DNA of 64,000 nucleotides from Podarcis melisellensis (lineage: Eukaryota): NCBI GenBank assembly GCA_964234715.1, contig OZ174279.1; one strand, written 5' to 3'. Shown here piece after piece: positions 1-13,803 of this stretch. Position 1 is the first letter of the stretch; every line of letters starts with the position of its first letter. The translations under genes and the position numbers were made by a program. The notes under the pieces were generated by a model. That model did not search any database. It was not told the DNA's origin and saw only the letters and a list, made by a program, of their open reading frames with translations.

Positions 1-2519
1 ACAGCAATGTCATATCATTTTCTTGTTGAATTTCTATGTCTTATGCAACTATTAAAGACACAGGAAAAGAGAAGATTATAACTAAAATAATTCTTAAAAA
101 TATGATCCATAATAGTGATTGCTTTCTTTTTATCTGCTGCTATGCTAATCAATATCATTAACAACTTTCTGGGTTGTGTTTTGCTATCGGTTTGCTGTAA
201 TTTAATCTTCCCTTTTGCCGTAACAAAAGATGTTAATTAGATAATCAGTTTTAAGATAGGGCTTTACAGTAACATCTTGGGATCACCTGCTTTTCAGAGG
301 TGAGATAGCCACTTCAGCCAATAGATTTTGAGTACCATGAAAAGTGCCAATTGGATCTGAGCCATGGGGCACAATCTACCAGGAAGAAATGAAGATCTAT
401 TCAAGATCTTGTTTCTTAGTGTGGTGGGATGTGCTAGTTCTCCTTTGTGGGTACCAGTCTGGCAAACTTTTATACTGCTTAACAAAGCAAGCCCTTCCTA
501 TAGGACATCTTTTGTAGTTGGAACTGTGTGAGAGAATAATTTAATTCGGAACTTGCTCAATCACACATGAAAAACATCAATTAAAAATAGGCCTCAGTTA
601 GACATTTCTGGGGAAAGCAGCACCTAAAATTGTGTGCTTGTCTACTTTCTTCAAGGTAGTTCTGCTTGCATCTCAATGTGCAACCTCTGTTTAACAGAAA
701 TGACAATAGCAGAAACCAATGTATGTCTGCTTGCTAATGCCAGCTGTGACATACTCATATACCCTCCCCAACTGTCTCTCAGCAAGCTCCTTTGATCCTT
801 TAATGGTTAAAAGAATAGTAAGCAGTGTATTTCAGATACACAGTAACACCACGACTGCACGTGCTGATTACCTGGTTACCTCATAACCTGTTCTCCAGGT
901 ACTGTCTGGTGTGTGTAGGTTAGCACTTGTAATTCAAGAGCGCTCACTGAACCAATTAGCAAGCTGCCTTAGGCATTCACAGGTTATACATCATCATTTC
1001 ATATACCCAAGAATGAGGTTGCACAAAGGAAACTATAGACTAATAAATAAAAATAAATACTTTTGGAATCCTTTTGTTGGTCCTCTGGTTGTAGGCATAG
1101 GAACTTTTAGAACAAGCCAACTTGAAAATTTAAAATGTAGGCAGCACTGGCCTAAGGATGTTTACTTCAAATAAAGTCCCAGTGAGTTCATTGGCACTTC
1201 GTTCCTTAAGACTGCAGCCCAGTAATAAGCAGGTATGATGCACTAACTTAAAGTCCATTGAAATAATAGGGATGGTAGCCATAACTGCTTGTGTGAGTTC
1301 TAGGCAGTAAGTACTACCAGAATGAAACTAAAGTCGTTTGTGGGTTTCCAGTTTCTCATTGGGAACTCCCTCTAACCAGCTTTGGCTTCCTATTACCAAA
1401 CTTACTGCCGACATCCTTGAGGTAAATCACAAAAGAGTCTCAAAAGATTCCAAAATGAAGTACCTAAACTGAAGTAAGCAACTTTTTAAATTTCTTTAAA
1501 AATGAATGTTCCTTAACACAGAGACGCACGAGACAACCATCACAACTGGGATAAAGGAACTCAAGGAAGGAATGGGAAAAGGGAACAATTCGTGGAGTGG
1601 GGCAAAGAAGGGGGTAGGGTAATAAGGCCAGGGCTAATTTATTGAGTGTGGCGTGGTTAGCATGCACTTACTGTGTCAACATTTGTTTAATTCCAGGCGC
1701 TGACAAAAATCTCATCGCACCTCTCTTTGCAAAATGTCTCTTCCTGCCTTGCTCAGGGTAAAAGGTAAGTGTCCTGCTTCATCTTTACTTTCTCTCAGAG
1801 TGAGAGGGCAAGCATGTTCTTAATCCAGCAATCTAGTTTAAGAGTAGGTACATTTCTTATGTTTAGTCCTTTTCATGGTCCTTTTTGTTTGTTTGTATCT
1901 CTAATGCTGCATAGTTTGATATTTTGATTATTTGCTGTAAGCAGCTTTGGGCACAACTCAAGTTGTGGAAAAGTGGCATATAAGTGAATCCATCTTCAGC
2001 CTTTCTTCTCCCTCACATGGCTATAAGCCTGGGGTCTCTTGCTCCTCACTCTGCTCGCTGTCATCTCTGTTGCCAGCTTCACCGCCTATCACATTTTCGG
2101 GAAGCAAACCTCTGCAGTAGGGTGCTTGCTGTCCTTGTGTAGACTCCCTACTTATTCAGAACCCAGATCTTACACAGGTAGAGGCAGCAGCTTCCTGCTG
2201 CACAAGTCCCTTTCCCATCATGTGGCAGTCAGTGAAATGGGTGGAACAGGTGGGGTTCTCCCCCTCATTGTCCTGTGAGGCTTGAATGCCAAGGAGGTCT
2301 TTTGCAGAAACCTATTTTAAATATCAACAGGGCAACTTCTCCAGAATTTGAATCCCAAACATACCCCGTATAATGGTGGTGAGGTTAATGAAGCTTCCAA
2401 AATCATATGTAATTAACCTCCTGCATACCTCTGTCCAGATTTTGTCCTGAAGAGAATTAGGTCACATGAATTAATATGCCCAGTTCAGAACCACATCTCC
2501 AGCAGATGCTAGCTGTTAT

Positions 2520-2700
2520 GGGAAGGGCCGTGGCTCAGTGGGAGTGCACGTTTGCATGCAGAAGATCCTAGATTCAATCCAGGGCATCTCCAGGGAGCCC
2601 TGGGAAGGAGTCTTACCTGAAGCCCTGAAGAGCCACTGCCAGTGAAAACATCCAGAACTAGATGGGCCAATGATCTGACTTGATATAGGTCCACCTGGCA
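2520..2700 (+). mobile_element. tRNA-derived squamate SINE (Squam3-like), decayed
   Basis: A-box-like gtggctcagtgg, B-box-like gattcaatcc, body ...gcatgcagaag...ctagatgggccaatgatctgact. Confidence 0.65.
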
Positions 2701-2741
2701 TGGTATCATATATTAATAGCAGTCTGTTATCTGAGTTACCA

Positions 2742-3119
2742 GGGATGTGGGTGGCGCTGTGGTCTAAACCACTGAGCCTCTTGGGCTTGCCGATCACAAG
2801 GTCAGCGGTTCGAATCCCCGCAATGGGGTGAGCTCCCATTGCTTGGTCCCAGTTCCTGCCAACCTAGCAGTTTGAAAGCACGCCCTCCCAAAGTGCAAGT
2901 AGATAAATAGGTACCGCTCCAGCGGGAAGGTAAATGGTGTTTCCGTGCGCTGCTCTGGTGTTGGTGTTCTGTTGCTCCAGAAGCGGCTTAGTCATGCTGG
3001 CCACATGATCCGGAAAAACTATCTGCGGACAAACTCCAGCTCCCTCGGCCTGTAAAATGAGCTGAGTGCCACAACCCCAGAGACATCTGTGACTGGATTG
3101 TCAGGGGTCCTTTACCTTT
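2742..3119 (+). mobile_element. Full-length Sauria SINE with 15-16 bp TSD
   Basis: GGGATGTGGGTGGCGCTGTGGTCTAAACC head, GGTTCGAATCC B box, core AGATAAATAGGTACC, CCTTTACCTTT tail; TTATCTGAGTTACCA duplicated at 2727-2741 and 3120-3134. Confidence 0.9.
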
Positions 3120-3689
3120 TTATCTGAGTTACCAGTTCTTATTTAACCAAAATGGTACCACCCATGGAGAAGAGGGAGGGATCCGTATGCTTGAGAGAAC
3201 TGAAAGGTTTGCAAGAACTACACAAACTCTTGGGGTTGGGGCAGTTAAGGGGGTACTTAGAAAAACAACAACTCCAAAATAGTATAATGAGGACTGAGCA
3301 TGTTGAGTGGGCAAAGAATTGACAGTGCTGCTGCCGCAGGGAAGAGGATTGTCAGCAGCTGGATGTGGGGGCAAGAGAAGAGGATTGATAGTGGTGGGGT
3401 CCATTGGCCAGACCATGCTGAGGACCCCTTGAAATCTGGCATCAGCCCTGCTTCCTGTAGTGCAATGAATCTTTCCCATAGCCTCCTTTGGTATTCATCA
3501 AGTAAATATACAATTGTGTACATAATAGGCATAGAACATGATCTTCATTAGGACCAAGCAGTATTATATATACCAGATAATGAATTCCAATACCTTGCAA
3601 TGCTTTTTTTTTTTTTTAAAAAAAGAGAAGTAGGAGGAAGTTCAGATTTACAAAACATTTGCCCACTAGTCCATCCATCATTTTCCAAA

Positions 3690-3695
3690 TTTATT
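3690..3695 (-). terminator. Polyadenylation signal AATAAA (distal)
   Basis: TTTATT on the plus strand at the end of the conserved-looking UTR block. Confidence 0.6.
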
Positions 3696-3840
3696 TAAGA
3701 AAAAAAATAACATGAGCAAAATGAGAGTACTTTCAGTGTTACAAGAAAGTATATAAATGTCTAGCAATAGTCAATCTGATTTTTTTAAATACAAAATAAC
3801 CACATGAACACCTAATATACAGGTTTCATTTGAATACATA

Positions 3841-3846
3841 TTTATT
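3841..3846 (-). terminator. Polyadenylation signal AATAAA (proximal member of a tandem pair)
   Basis: TTTATT on the plus strand, followed in the transcript by GU-rich ggtgttcatgtggttattttgt. Confidence 0.55.
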
Positions 3847-5570
3847 AGATAAATATTAGGTTGTCACATCATCTAACTACATACAGTTTTTCAAGACTAA
3901 AAATCACAATTATTTTTTTCTGACCAGTTTTAAAGTATGAAATGATTGCATTGTACTGTACATACAATGTACAAACAAAGACAATGGCCATTTTTGCATG
4001 TTAATTCCGATTGTACTTTTTAAAATTCTCCTCTGATCACAATATCAAAAAATTGTACAAAGTATGAATTTGGTTACAATCTTTTTTATTATTTAATCCC
4101 CTTATTTTCTTCATTATTTTTGTAGCACCCTAAAAATACACAGGTGATAAGACTAGTACATTTAAGCTAGTTATTACATGAAGGGAAAAACAAAAAAATG
4201 CAACAAAATTCTTTTCACAAAGGATCCAGAGTATATTACAAGAAGTGAAACAAATGTGGAGACTTCACAAACGCTAACAAACAGGATTCATTTTCCACAT
4301 AAGATGGAGCTTCAAGCTTTATTTTTTTCCTGCGAAATAAAAACAATGCACATTCCAAGGAAAATGAATGCATTTCTGTTAACATGTCTCTATTTGCCAT
4401 TTACATATGTACAGATGTCCCAGGAGTCTCCACTGCAGACATTAGTGTGTTTTCATAATCCTCTAATAATAATTAATAATAATAACAATAATAATGTCTT
4501 GGCAGTAGAAGTATAAATCTCTGTGGGTTCTTTTCCAGGTGGGTGTCTATAGGGAAACAATTTAAAAAAAACAAAACCCCAAAGCAAATGCCCCTGAAAC
4601 AAGGATTAAAAAAAAACAAAAAAACCTTTGGTGATATAATTTTGCCCTTCAACACAAAAACAACTAATTCACAGAACAATCATATGTATGTCTACTCAGA
4701 AGTATTCATCAGGGTTTTTTCTCAGTTAAGTGTGCATAGGATTGTAGATGTCTTAAACAACACTATACCAACTTGGTGGGCCTTGTTTCTGAGAAGACAT
4801 GCATGGGGTTGCTATTTATTTAACAGGTTTTCTCCACATTATAACATGATGGCAGTGAGCACATAAGAAAAAACCAGCAACCTTTTTTTGTTTTGACTAT
4901 CCTTAAACAGTCCCAGTAATTTAATAAAGATGCTAATGTGGTTGTGTGAGAGAGAAAGTTGGGGGCATTCTGGGTTGACTTCACAAAGGCTGCCTCTTTG
5001 ATAAATATGCCCTTTGATAAACTATTACGCAAGTACATGGCTAGATCTCAGCATCTGCTTCCATCCATTCACAAACACAGCTCAGGTAGCCCTTGTGCTT
5101 AGTCAGTCTGTCTCTTTCTACTGACCTAATCAGTGTACATGAAATCCACAGCTGCCAAAATGTGCATTTAACTGTTACTAGAGAGAAGATTTCATCAAAT
5201 GATAGAAAGCCTTATTATACCAAATATGTTTGTCTCAGGTGAGTCTCACCTTATGCCTCCTCAACAGGAACCTTTTTATAACGATGCATTTTGATTGCCA
5301 TCAGCAAAAGCTAAACAATTTTGACTTTAAAATGGTTCCGTTTCCAGTTACACAGAAACACCCCCCCCCCTCAATTTTCAAGTAACTAGTTTTGATAGAT
5401 GCATATCTAACAGTGGAGGAGCAATGCTAAAAAATAAAATAAAATTCAGTGCTAGAAGCTGAACAGGCAAACGTACAGTATATGGCTTAACATAGGCCTA
5501 CACAACTTGTGATCCATCAAACTGAATGCAACCCACCCACCACGTATTGTAGCCTACCAGTTGCTTGACT

Positions 5571-5880
5571 AAGAACATAACAACTCTGCTGGAGCAGGGC
5601 CAAGTCTAGTCTATTGGTCTTTCACTAGTGGGTCTCACCTGATCTGAGGTGTGTCACAACAGGAGCACTATCACATGAAAATATATGGCAAAAGATTAAG
5701 AAATGGATCCCCAAATGCATGTTTGAGGTCCTGGGTCTGAAAGGTTGAAGACTACTGATAGTCCATCATTCTGCTTTCACAGTGGCCAATCAGGTGCCTA
5801 TAGGAAACGCACAAGCAGGACATGAGGACGGCAACACTCTCCTCACCTGTGATTTCCAGCAACTGGTATTCAGAGGTATT
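5571..5880 (-). mobile_element. CR1-type LINE 3'-end remnant inside the ZMIZ1 3'UTR, interrupted at about 5612-5760
   Basis: aagaacataa...ctgctggagcagggcc and cacagtggccaatcaggtgcc...ttccagcaactggtattcaga resemble a common lizard CR1 3' end (recall). Confidence 0.5.
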
Positions 5881-8767
5881 TTTACTTATCTATTTTTTTT
5901 GCTTTTTCAATAAACAGTAGAACCGGAAGCTTTATTGCACTACTGGTGGGCCACAATACATGGCTACGACAAGGGTGTGGCATTCGGTTTAGAGCTCATA
6001 GATTGTGTGTGAGAGGCTTTTTAAACAATTAAGAATAATGCGTCAAATTATTAGCCTTAGCTGCTCATACAAATGATTTCATTGATTATGTAAATGATGC
6101 AGCAAAATGGTGCAGGGGGAAAGCTACTAAAATGAAAAAAGAAAATGCATTTTTAATGGAAGGAAGCTCTAGACTTCAGTGTCACAGTGGTGTCCCATCT
6201 CAGTTGTGCCACCATATAATAGTTGTGGCATCAGGTGTCCAATAATAAAGATCCTTTGCTATGTATATACAGGATAAGAAACTATATTCTGTACTGCTTT
6301 CCCCTCTTCTACGCATAGGCCAGCATCCTTTTCAGAGGGACGTAAGTGAGAGCCTTAGAAATAGCTTCTTTGCCTACAAAGCAGAAGTCTAGGGTGATAC
6401 AGGTTAGGACAGTCACACTTCCTAGCTCATAACAATTTCTTTGCTGGGCTGCTGAGGACACTGGCCAGATGTAGAATATTTGTTGAAGAAACTGATAGGG
6501 CTAATTTATCAGAAGGAAAAATCAATGCTCCCTTAGTCCAAGAACCCTTTACAAAAAGGAAAAGAAAAGAAAAAAGACCCGCTCCCCCTGACTATGTATT
6601 TTAAAAACACATGTATATCCAGATCGTGAAAATGTTGAATATAATAATCAAAGACAATACTAAAATATTCACAAAAGGTATTTACAACAGCAATTCTTAA
6701 AATAATTGATCTTGCATAATGAACAGCGCTTCTCTTGAAAAAAGGAACAAAATAAAAACCTCAATAATAAGGGTGGGGAGGGGAAAGGTAAATGTAGGAA
6801 CATCTCTACATAAAATGTTTACAAATTCAACACTCCTAACTGGAAAATAATATAAGAACTAAAACTGCCATTTCCTGTAATATCTACAGCAAGGTGCTGT
6901 CGACTAGCATATATATATAACAAGATGCAAATACAGCAGTGGTGGTAGATGCTAAGAACAAATGCTCAAAGAATTTACAAGCATGACTTTGGTGAGGAGA
7001 GCAAATTCAGAATGGAATGCACAGGTCATGCCATTCGCAGAGGGCAAGGTGGGTGGAGTTTACACACTGAAACCAACACGCAAGAGTTCCATCTGGCACA
7101 AAATCGAAAGCCTACTGCTGAAATCAAAGATGGGACTATTGGATTGGATTCCGAACAGAGGACGAAGCAATCAAGGTGTATTATCCACAAAAAAGCAATA
7201 TTCTGTACACAGTAGGCAGAAGATGAAATGTTGGCCCGCAAGGGCAAAGTTGGCACACATGCACGTCTTAACACACAGGTACTATACAAAATTTATAAAG
7301 AGAGAACGACGGAGAGGACGCAGAAATGGGCCCAGAAGTGACTGGAAGCTCGTGCAGGAGGGAAGCAACCACATGAGAAGCACAAACACCACGGAAGCAT
7401 TGTGGCACGAGAGCCTGCTGTACGGTGGTACCAAAGGAACTTACTGTTCCCGTGCCCATTATCCTTGGAAATCTATTTTTTGAAAAGAAGAGGGAAAAGG
7501 TCCTGGCAGCTAAACGATACAATAAAACTGAAAAAGAGAAACAAAAAGGCAGAGCCACATAACACAATTTGGAAAATGCAAAGCAAACCATCGGAGGGTG
7601 GGGGGAGAGATAAGGTGACTCTTATTGCAAACGTCTTCTTCAATTCTAAACAACTGTGAACAGTTTTCCCCTCTATCTCTCTCCCTGCCCCCAAATATCT
7701 TGAAGTGAGAGCTCTTTTTCTCCACACTTTTGCCTCATTTTCCTGTTAGAAACTGAGCAGTGATCTAACTTCGCAGGTTACAAAAATCGAAAGCTCTTGG
7801 TGATGGATCAACGATTTACAGTTTTTCTCTTCTCCTACTTCATATGTGAATATGGTCTGCCCCTTTTTAATAGCTGGCTGCTTTATTGTCACAAAAGGCA
7901 GGAATCTGAAACCAAATACCTTAAGAAGAAGAAAAACAGGGAAAGAGAAGGACAGAAGAAAACAAGGTGTCCACGTATCTGTTTCAGAGCAAGGTAACTA
8001 CCCTTCCTCTAAGAATAGTAAAATAAAAAAGATTGCTACGATTTAGAAAAGCACGCTTGCCATACCCTGGAGATTCACTGGACTCTTCCACAATGGAGAA
8101 ACCACTGTCTTAAGAAACAGATGCCTCCCTTGGCTGCATTTTGTATTTTTATCCTACTTGTGACATCTTTATTGGGTTTTTTGTGCTTTTTGGTATTTGT
8201 TTTATGTTTCTGAGTTTGTTTGGCTAGTCTAAATGTGCTGCCAAATAAGTTTTGTCCTTATTGTGTCCGACAGAAGTGTACTGGGAGAGGGAGGGAAGGA
8301 ACATAGTGGAACAGACAATACAGCATTAGGGCAGGAGGGAGAGAGAACTTAATGGAAGAACACAAGTTGGAAGGACTTTCTGAAACTGGTCGCTTAGCAT
8401 AGTTCTGTTGCCTTTCTTCCCTTGCTGAGACTGGTTTCTACTGGGCTGCTTCTCTCTAGGCATATCCCAAAACTCTTTTATCTCTCTGCATAATTAACAA
8501 GTGAGGTTTTCCACAGCTGCACAATTGATCTGTGAAGTAGAGTGGCAGTCTGTGAGGTCACCACCTTATTGTCCTCTTGCTTTTCCCCACCGCAGTTGAT
8601 GAAGCTTGACTCAAGCAGTTCTGAGATGAAGTTAAGTAGGGAGTGTGCACCATTTGCTTAAGTTGTGAGTTTGTCCTTGTGAAAAAAGGGTGGCTTGGGA
8701 TTCCTCACCGTGAAGCTACAGACTTGTCAAACAAGTGTGAGGTGTTGGGGACAAAACACAGAAGGCT

Positions 8768-8908
<141 letters not shown>

Positions 8909-11160
8909 TCATCACAGGCGTGAAGTAGCCGGCAAATGGCATGTTTTTCGCTCCACATTTGCTGGCAGATAAAGCTCTCAAAATGTATCTGTAAATTTTC
9001 TTGATGGGTAGAGAAAAGAGTCCTTTATATATGATAGTCAGCCCAATTACAGGAAGAATTTCCACTCCAGTGCTACATGGCTGTTGGCACTGCGATCCTC
9101 TATGGAACTGAAGCATTATATGGGCTCCTGTGCCAAGAAACGCAGGAGTGGCCCCCTCCCTACCATATAAAAAATTCTCTACACCTACAAAAAAATTGCA
9201 TGTGGTGCGGGGAATCTAGCTCAAATCTCTCTCCCTAGCATGTTGCTTTGTATGCACAGGGGAGCTTTTCATGTGGCAGAGCATTCAAATATTCACTCCC
9301 ACCTGAAAAGGTGCAGTTCAGTAATACACAGGGCTTCTGCCCATTTGTTTTAGCTCTAGGGCACTCTGACATGCCTTGTAAGTTATTTTGTGCCAAGGTA
9401 GTACTCAAGTGTGTGGCAGAAAGCCAAGATGAGGTGGTACAGCAGCCTCACAATATTATGGGCAGTTTTCCACTGTGGTCAGCGTATCTTTGTCAGCCAC
9501 TCTTGAGAGCCTTTACAGGTGAAAAGCGGGTTAAAAATACTGCAAATAAATAAATATGGCATACAGATAATGCAGCACATTCTGTAAATGGCATCTATGA
9601 GCTATCACCGTTTGAAAAGGTTAGCATGTCTATAAGATGGTCTGTAGGGCCTTCTTTAAAAGTCACACACAAATATTCTGCATTTTAGTTTCAGCTATGA
9701 TACTTCCTAGGAGAAAGTGTAAATACCATGTACAGTTTAATATGCTATGATCTCACAAACAATCCTATTGTTGGAAATTCAGAAATAGTTTGTTTATCCT
9801 TTGGGTTCTATTTCTGAAAAGGTTAAATTCCACAATCACTCGCCAACTAGTTAATATAGTTAAAAGTGAATCAATGCTGCCTGGTGTGACTATGTCCAGT
9901 TTAGTTAAAATAATGTGTTCCCTTTGAATCATCTGTACTGTACCTTACAGCAGTCCTGAAATACAAGAACAGATGTAAGTCAGATACCTGTTGAATGAAA
10001 ATATTTCAACTCTGGCTTGACAGTGATTCAAAAAGGCTTGCAATTATAATTCATAGTGTTCTCTTTGGCCAAGGCCACAGAGACTGTAATTGTATAGTTG
10101 TCATAGCCTTCACCAACAATCTCATTTGTTTTCAGGGCACCCAAGTGACCAATATCCTTGGACAAGTAGAATGTAAGTTGATATGAAACTGTGTGGGTTT
10201 TTGACTGTAATGAAACCTTTGTATGGATGAGAATTCCCCACCCCACCCTGGCACACATTCTGGAGCACTTTTCTACAAAGTCTTTTGCACACATGGCTGC
10301 TTTTCTTCTCTTTTCTAAGAAGTCCTTCTTTTTGCAAAACCTGTTCCTTTGTTGCCTATAGCTTATTTTGTCCTAAATAGCAATAGAATGTATGGTTTTC
10401 TTGTGGACCAAATGGCATCTCCTCCTCCTAGGAGGGAAATGCATGGTTTCTATTGCTAGGTGCCAAACTACAGCACAACCTGGTAGCAAGCCTTACGATC
10501 TTAAAACACTAGTCAAGAAGGGAGAATCATTCAGATGTTCCCTTTCAGAAACAAAACACATTTAAAAATGGAAACTTATACAAGTATGCTCCCAGACTCA
10601 GCCACAGATTTCAACATTCTATGTCTGTTGGAAGAAAAATCTCTCTAACACTCAGCCCTTCAGCTTTTTAACAGCTGGATGGCCCAATAAATTATAGAAC
10701 TATTCCATTCTTTTTGAAAATCAAGCCTGATGACATTTAAGTCTAAATAAATAATTATTTATTAAAGTGTTTTAAATAAATAAAGTAAGTAAGTAAGTAG
10801 CTGATTGCTCAGGGTAGTATTCAACTTCTAAACCCCATCCCTTTTTAAAATGTATGTTAGTCAGATAAGTGCTATATAAACATCAATAATAACTAAAATG
10901 TTTTGTGGCCTATTTCTCACACAGAAAGCTTGTTTTCCCCAAACCCGGCCCCTGCCTACCCACCCTTGCCAAGGGAAAGACACCACTAGCGTGACATGGA
11001 GTCTGAGTTGTCAGCTGTAGTGAAGAAATGCAAGAGACAATGCATAAAATGAGGGCATGTGCTATGAAAGCTGTTCCTTTCTTTTTATTTTTTTATTAAT
11101 TCCTGCAGAAACTCAAGGCACATTCTAAAGCAAGCAGATGACAGAATGACACAAACTTAC

Positions 11161-11409
11161 ATCCAGTGAAGGCTCCGGCATATCAGATGTCCCCTGCCCA
11201 CCAGCCTGACCTTCTAAGGCTGAGGAGGGGTTAAAGGCCAGGTCATTGTGTGGATGGTTGCTAGGAGCGGCCTGTGGCGGCTGCCGGGACGGCTGGGTAG
11301 GAGGACCGCTGTGATGTAATGGCTGCCCTGACTGGCTGCTGGGATGAGGTACGTGCAAACCTTGCTGCATGGAACTATGGGACTGATCAGTGCTGCCGGG
11401 ATGAGGGAT
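11161..11409 (-). CDS. ZMIZ1: ZMIZ1 coding exon, 249 nt: [16 protein letters not shown]...SDMPEPSLD (Pro-rich transactivation region)
   Basis: Acceptor ccgcag|ATC, donor GAT|gtaagt. Confidence 0.95.
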
Positions 11410-13803
11410 CTGCGGAGGAGGAAAGAAGCAGGAAAGGAAAAGTGAGGCTACATGGTACAAGGCTCAGAAATGGCAGGGGGAGGAAATAAAATCTTTGTCA
11501 CTCTAAATTACTTTATCATTAATACAAAATGCTAGGCTTGGACAGGCGTTTACCGCCAGGGGGAAAATAATGTGCAGGATCATGAGCCCTCAGAATTTAG
11601 GAGGTGTCAGTAAAAATAAATAAATGCATGGGATAAAAGGTAGCTTGGTAGGGGACCAAAATTCTCTATCCAGATCCTGCCCTGAAATTGTTAGGATGGT
11701 GGAAAAGATGGAAGTATACATTTACTTTCATAACACAAATCTTAATCATCTGGGAGGAGAATGGCTTTCTGCACATTTCTTTGGAGTGGGCAAACTTAAT
11801 CAGTTCTGCTGTGGTTTTCATTTAGTCACATCTGGGCAAAAAGGCATCCCCATCAAAGAAACAGCTCTTGACAGATGTTTCCACAGCAAATTCACCTTAA
11901 GCCAATTAAGGTACAGAAACTGAAACATGGCATTTCATGTAGTTCTCATAAAAATACCCTCCAGATATTGCTACTGGGCCACACACAGAGATTAATGAGC
12001 ATGCATGTCTGTATCTAGTGAAACGTGTGTTTGTTTCCTCCTCTTGTCCAGGCCACCTTTTAATGCCAGAGCATGCCTTGCAAACTGACTTTAGCACCAT
12101 GGAGAAAAATAAGTGCATGAATACTTTTAAAGGATGTCCCCTACTTCAGCTGACATAAAGATGCAAAAAGATAGCATGAGCACAAAAACACAATGCAAAT
12201 GAACAGAAAGTGCAAGAATTCTAGAACAATAGAATAACTTCTCTAGGAAGAAGTTATTCAGTTGTCTATCAAAGAGATATCACTGGTGGCATTTACTCAT
12301 TTAAGGGACCCAACCACTTTCAAAGACTAGGCGCTAAGATGGACTACTTGCTTCTTCCAACAAATCAATAAATTGAAAAGTGTTGGAAGTACGATGCTAA
12401 AACTGAGATCTGCATCCTTAGAGCAGCACCCATGTGCTTTGATATACCATGCTTGGTGATAAAAAAAGTGATACTAGGAAACAAACTGAAGTAGCAGGGT
12501 GGAAGTAGGTTTATATAACGCTGAAACTCAGTGCTTCACCAAATTATTTATTTTTAACAAAAACATAACCATATGAGAGTATTAGCTGCATACAAATACA
12601 GGGGGAAGATACATACAAATACATTGGCCAGTTTAGCATCAGTTCTTTTCTTCCTTACAGGTGTATGCTGCAAAAGTGAAGACTTCCATGCTATCAGGTG
12701 TGAGAGAAGGCAACGTGTGCTTATGCTTCTCCTTATTCCAAGAAGCCAGCTCCTGGTGAGCCATTTTTTTGCTCTCTACTTTCCAAAGGGATTTAAAAGA
12801 GCACAGAGGCAAATAGCCTCATTGTACATGCAGACATCTCTAAGACAGCAACATTTAATTTGCCAGTTTCGTTTGGGGTATATAGAACCGTGGTCTGCAA
12901 CTAATCCTGTCAAAGGGCCACAACTGCATGGGTGGGAAGATGCAGGGGATCATGCCTTCCCTACAAATGGCCTGCTGTTTTGTTTTTGTTTTAATCTCCC
13001 TCTTTCCCCTCAATATGTAAAACAGGAAGTTGAGGGGGAGAGGCTGTGAGAGATGGAAAAGTTAAGTTGTCAGTTTCCATGCTTCCTTCTGCCATCACCT
13101 TCCCTTTTGATTTCCTTATGTGGCTGTGCCAAAGGAGCAGGCTCGTAAATTGGCCCTCCCTCTATACTTGGAGGGGGAGTTCAACGGACCTATAGCTTTT
13201 CCTTCATGCCTCGCCCTGCCTCTCATACCTGAGGAAGTCAAAAGGGAAGGGTGATAGCAGTGGGACCTCACATCAGTACAGAGAGAGGGAAGAATACAAA
13301 AAGTATATGCTATCATTTGAGAAGGCACACATGGGCCAATACCCCATATTACAGTACACTCCAAAATGGCCTGCTACTTAGATCCTTTCCTTCCCAGCCA
13401 AGGCTGGAAACTGAGGAATCGGGCTTCTGCACTTGCAGAAGCAGGAAGATAAGACATTTCCTTTACTGGTGACTAATCCACCAGTACAGATGCTAATAGG
13501 CTGGGAAGTTTTTTAACTAACTAACACTGGGTAAAGAACATTTTTGGAAGGGCAGAGTAGTAGCACTTCATAGTTTTTTTCCTACTAGACCCCCAAGATA
13601 TAACAATAAGAGCCAGGTGTAAAAGACATAGTCGGAATTAAGCAGGGTGCCTCTGAGCTCTTTCTGAATCTAAGGTTTTGTTTTCAGGAAATTAACAGAA
13701 AGGATAGCTTTCTTCATTTTATTAGCTTGATATAAGTAGAAGAAATGGGCTTGTTCTTGTTGAACGTTTGGGAGTGAGACATTCTTGCTGATCCAGTGCA
13801 GAT

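Larger units (their letters stand above)
3670..8767 (-). other. ZMIZ1: ZMIZ1 3'UTR (~5.1 kb; 3' end approximate)
   Basis: U-rich on the minus strand from the stop codon to the tandem AATAAA signals; the terminal ~300 nt resemble the recalled mammalian ZMIZ1 mRNA end. Confidence 0.7.

Noticed and set aside
2742-2825. tRNA gene
   Set aside because: The A/B boxes belong to the tRNA-derived head of a Sauria SINE; no full cloverleaf.
1-3600. Neighbouring gene downstream of ZMIZ1 (PPIF in mammals)
   Set aside because: No cyclophilin-like peptide or CpG-island promoter seen.
6962-7483. 173-aa plus-strand ORF
   Set aside because: Antisense to the ZMIZ1 3'UTR, no recognisable domain, overlapped by equally arbitrary ORFs; likely chance.
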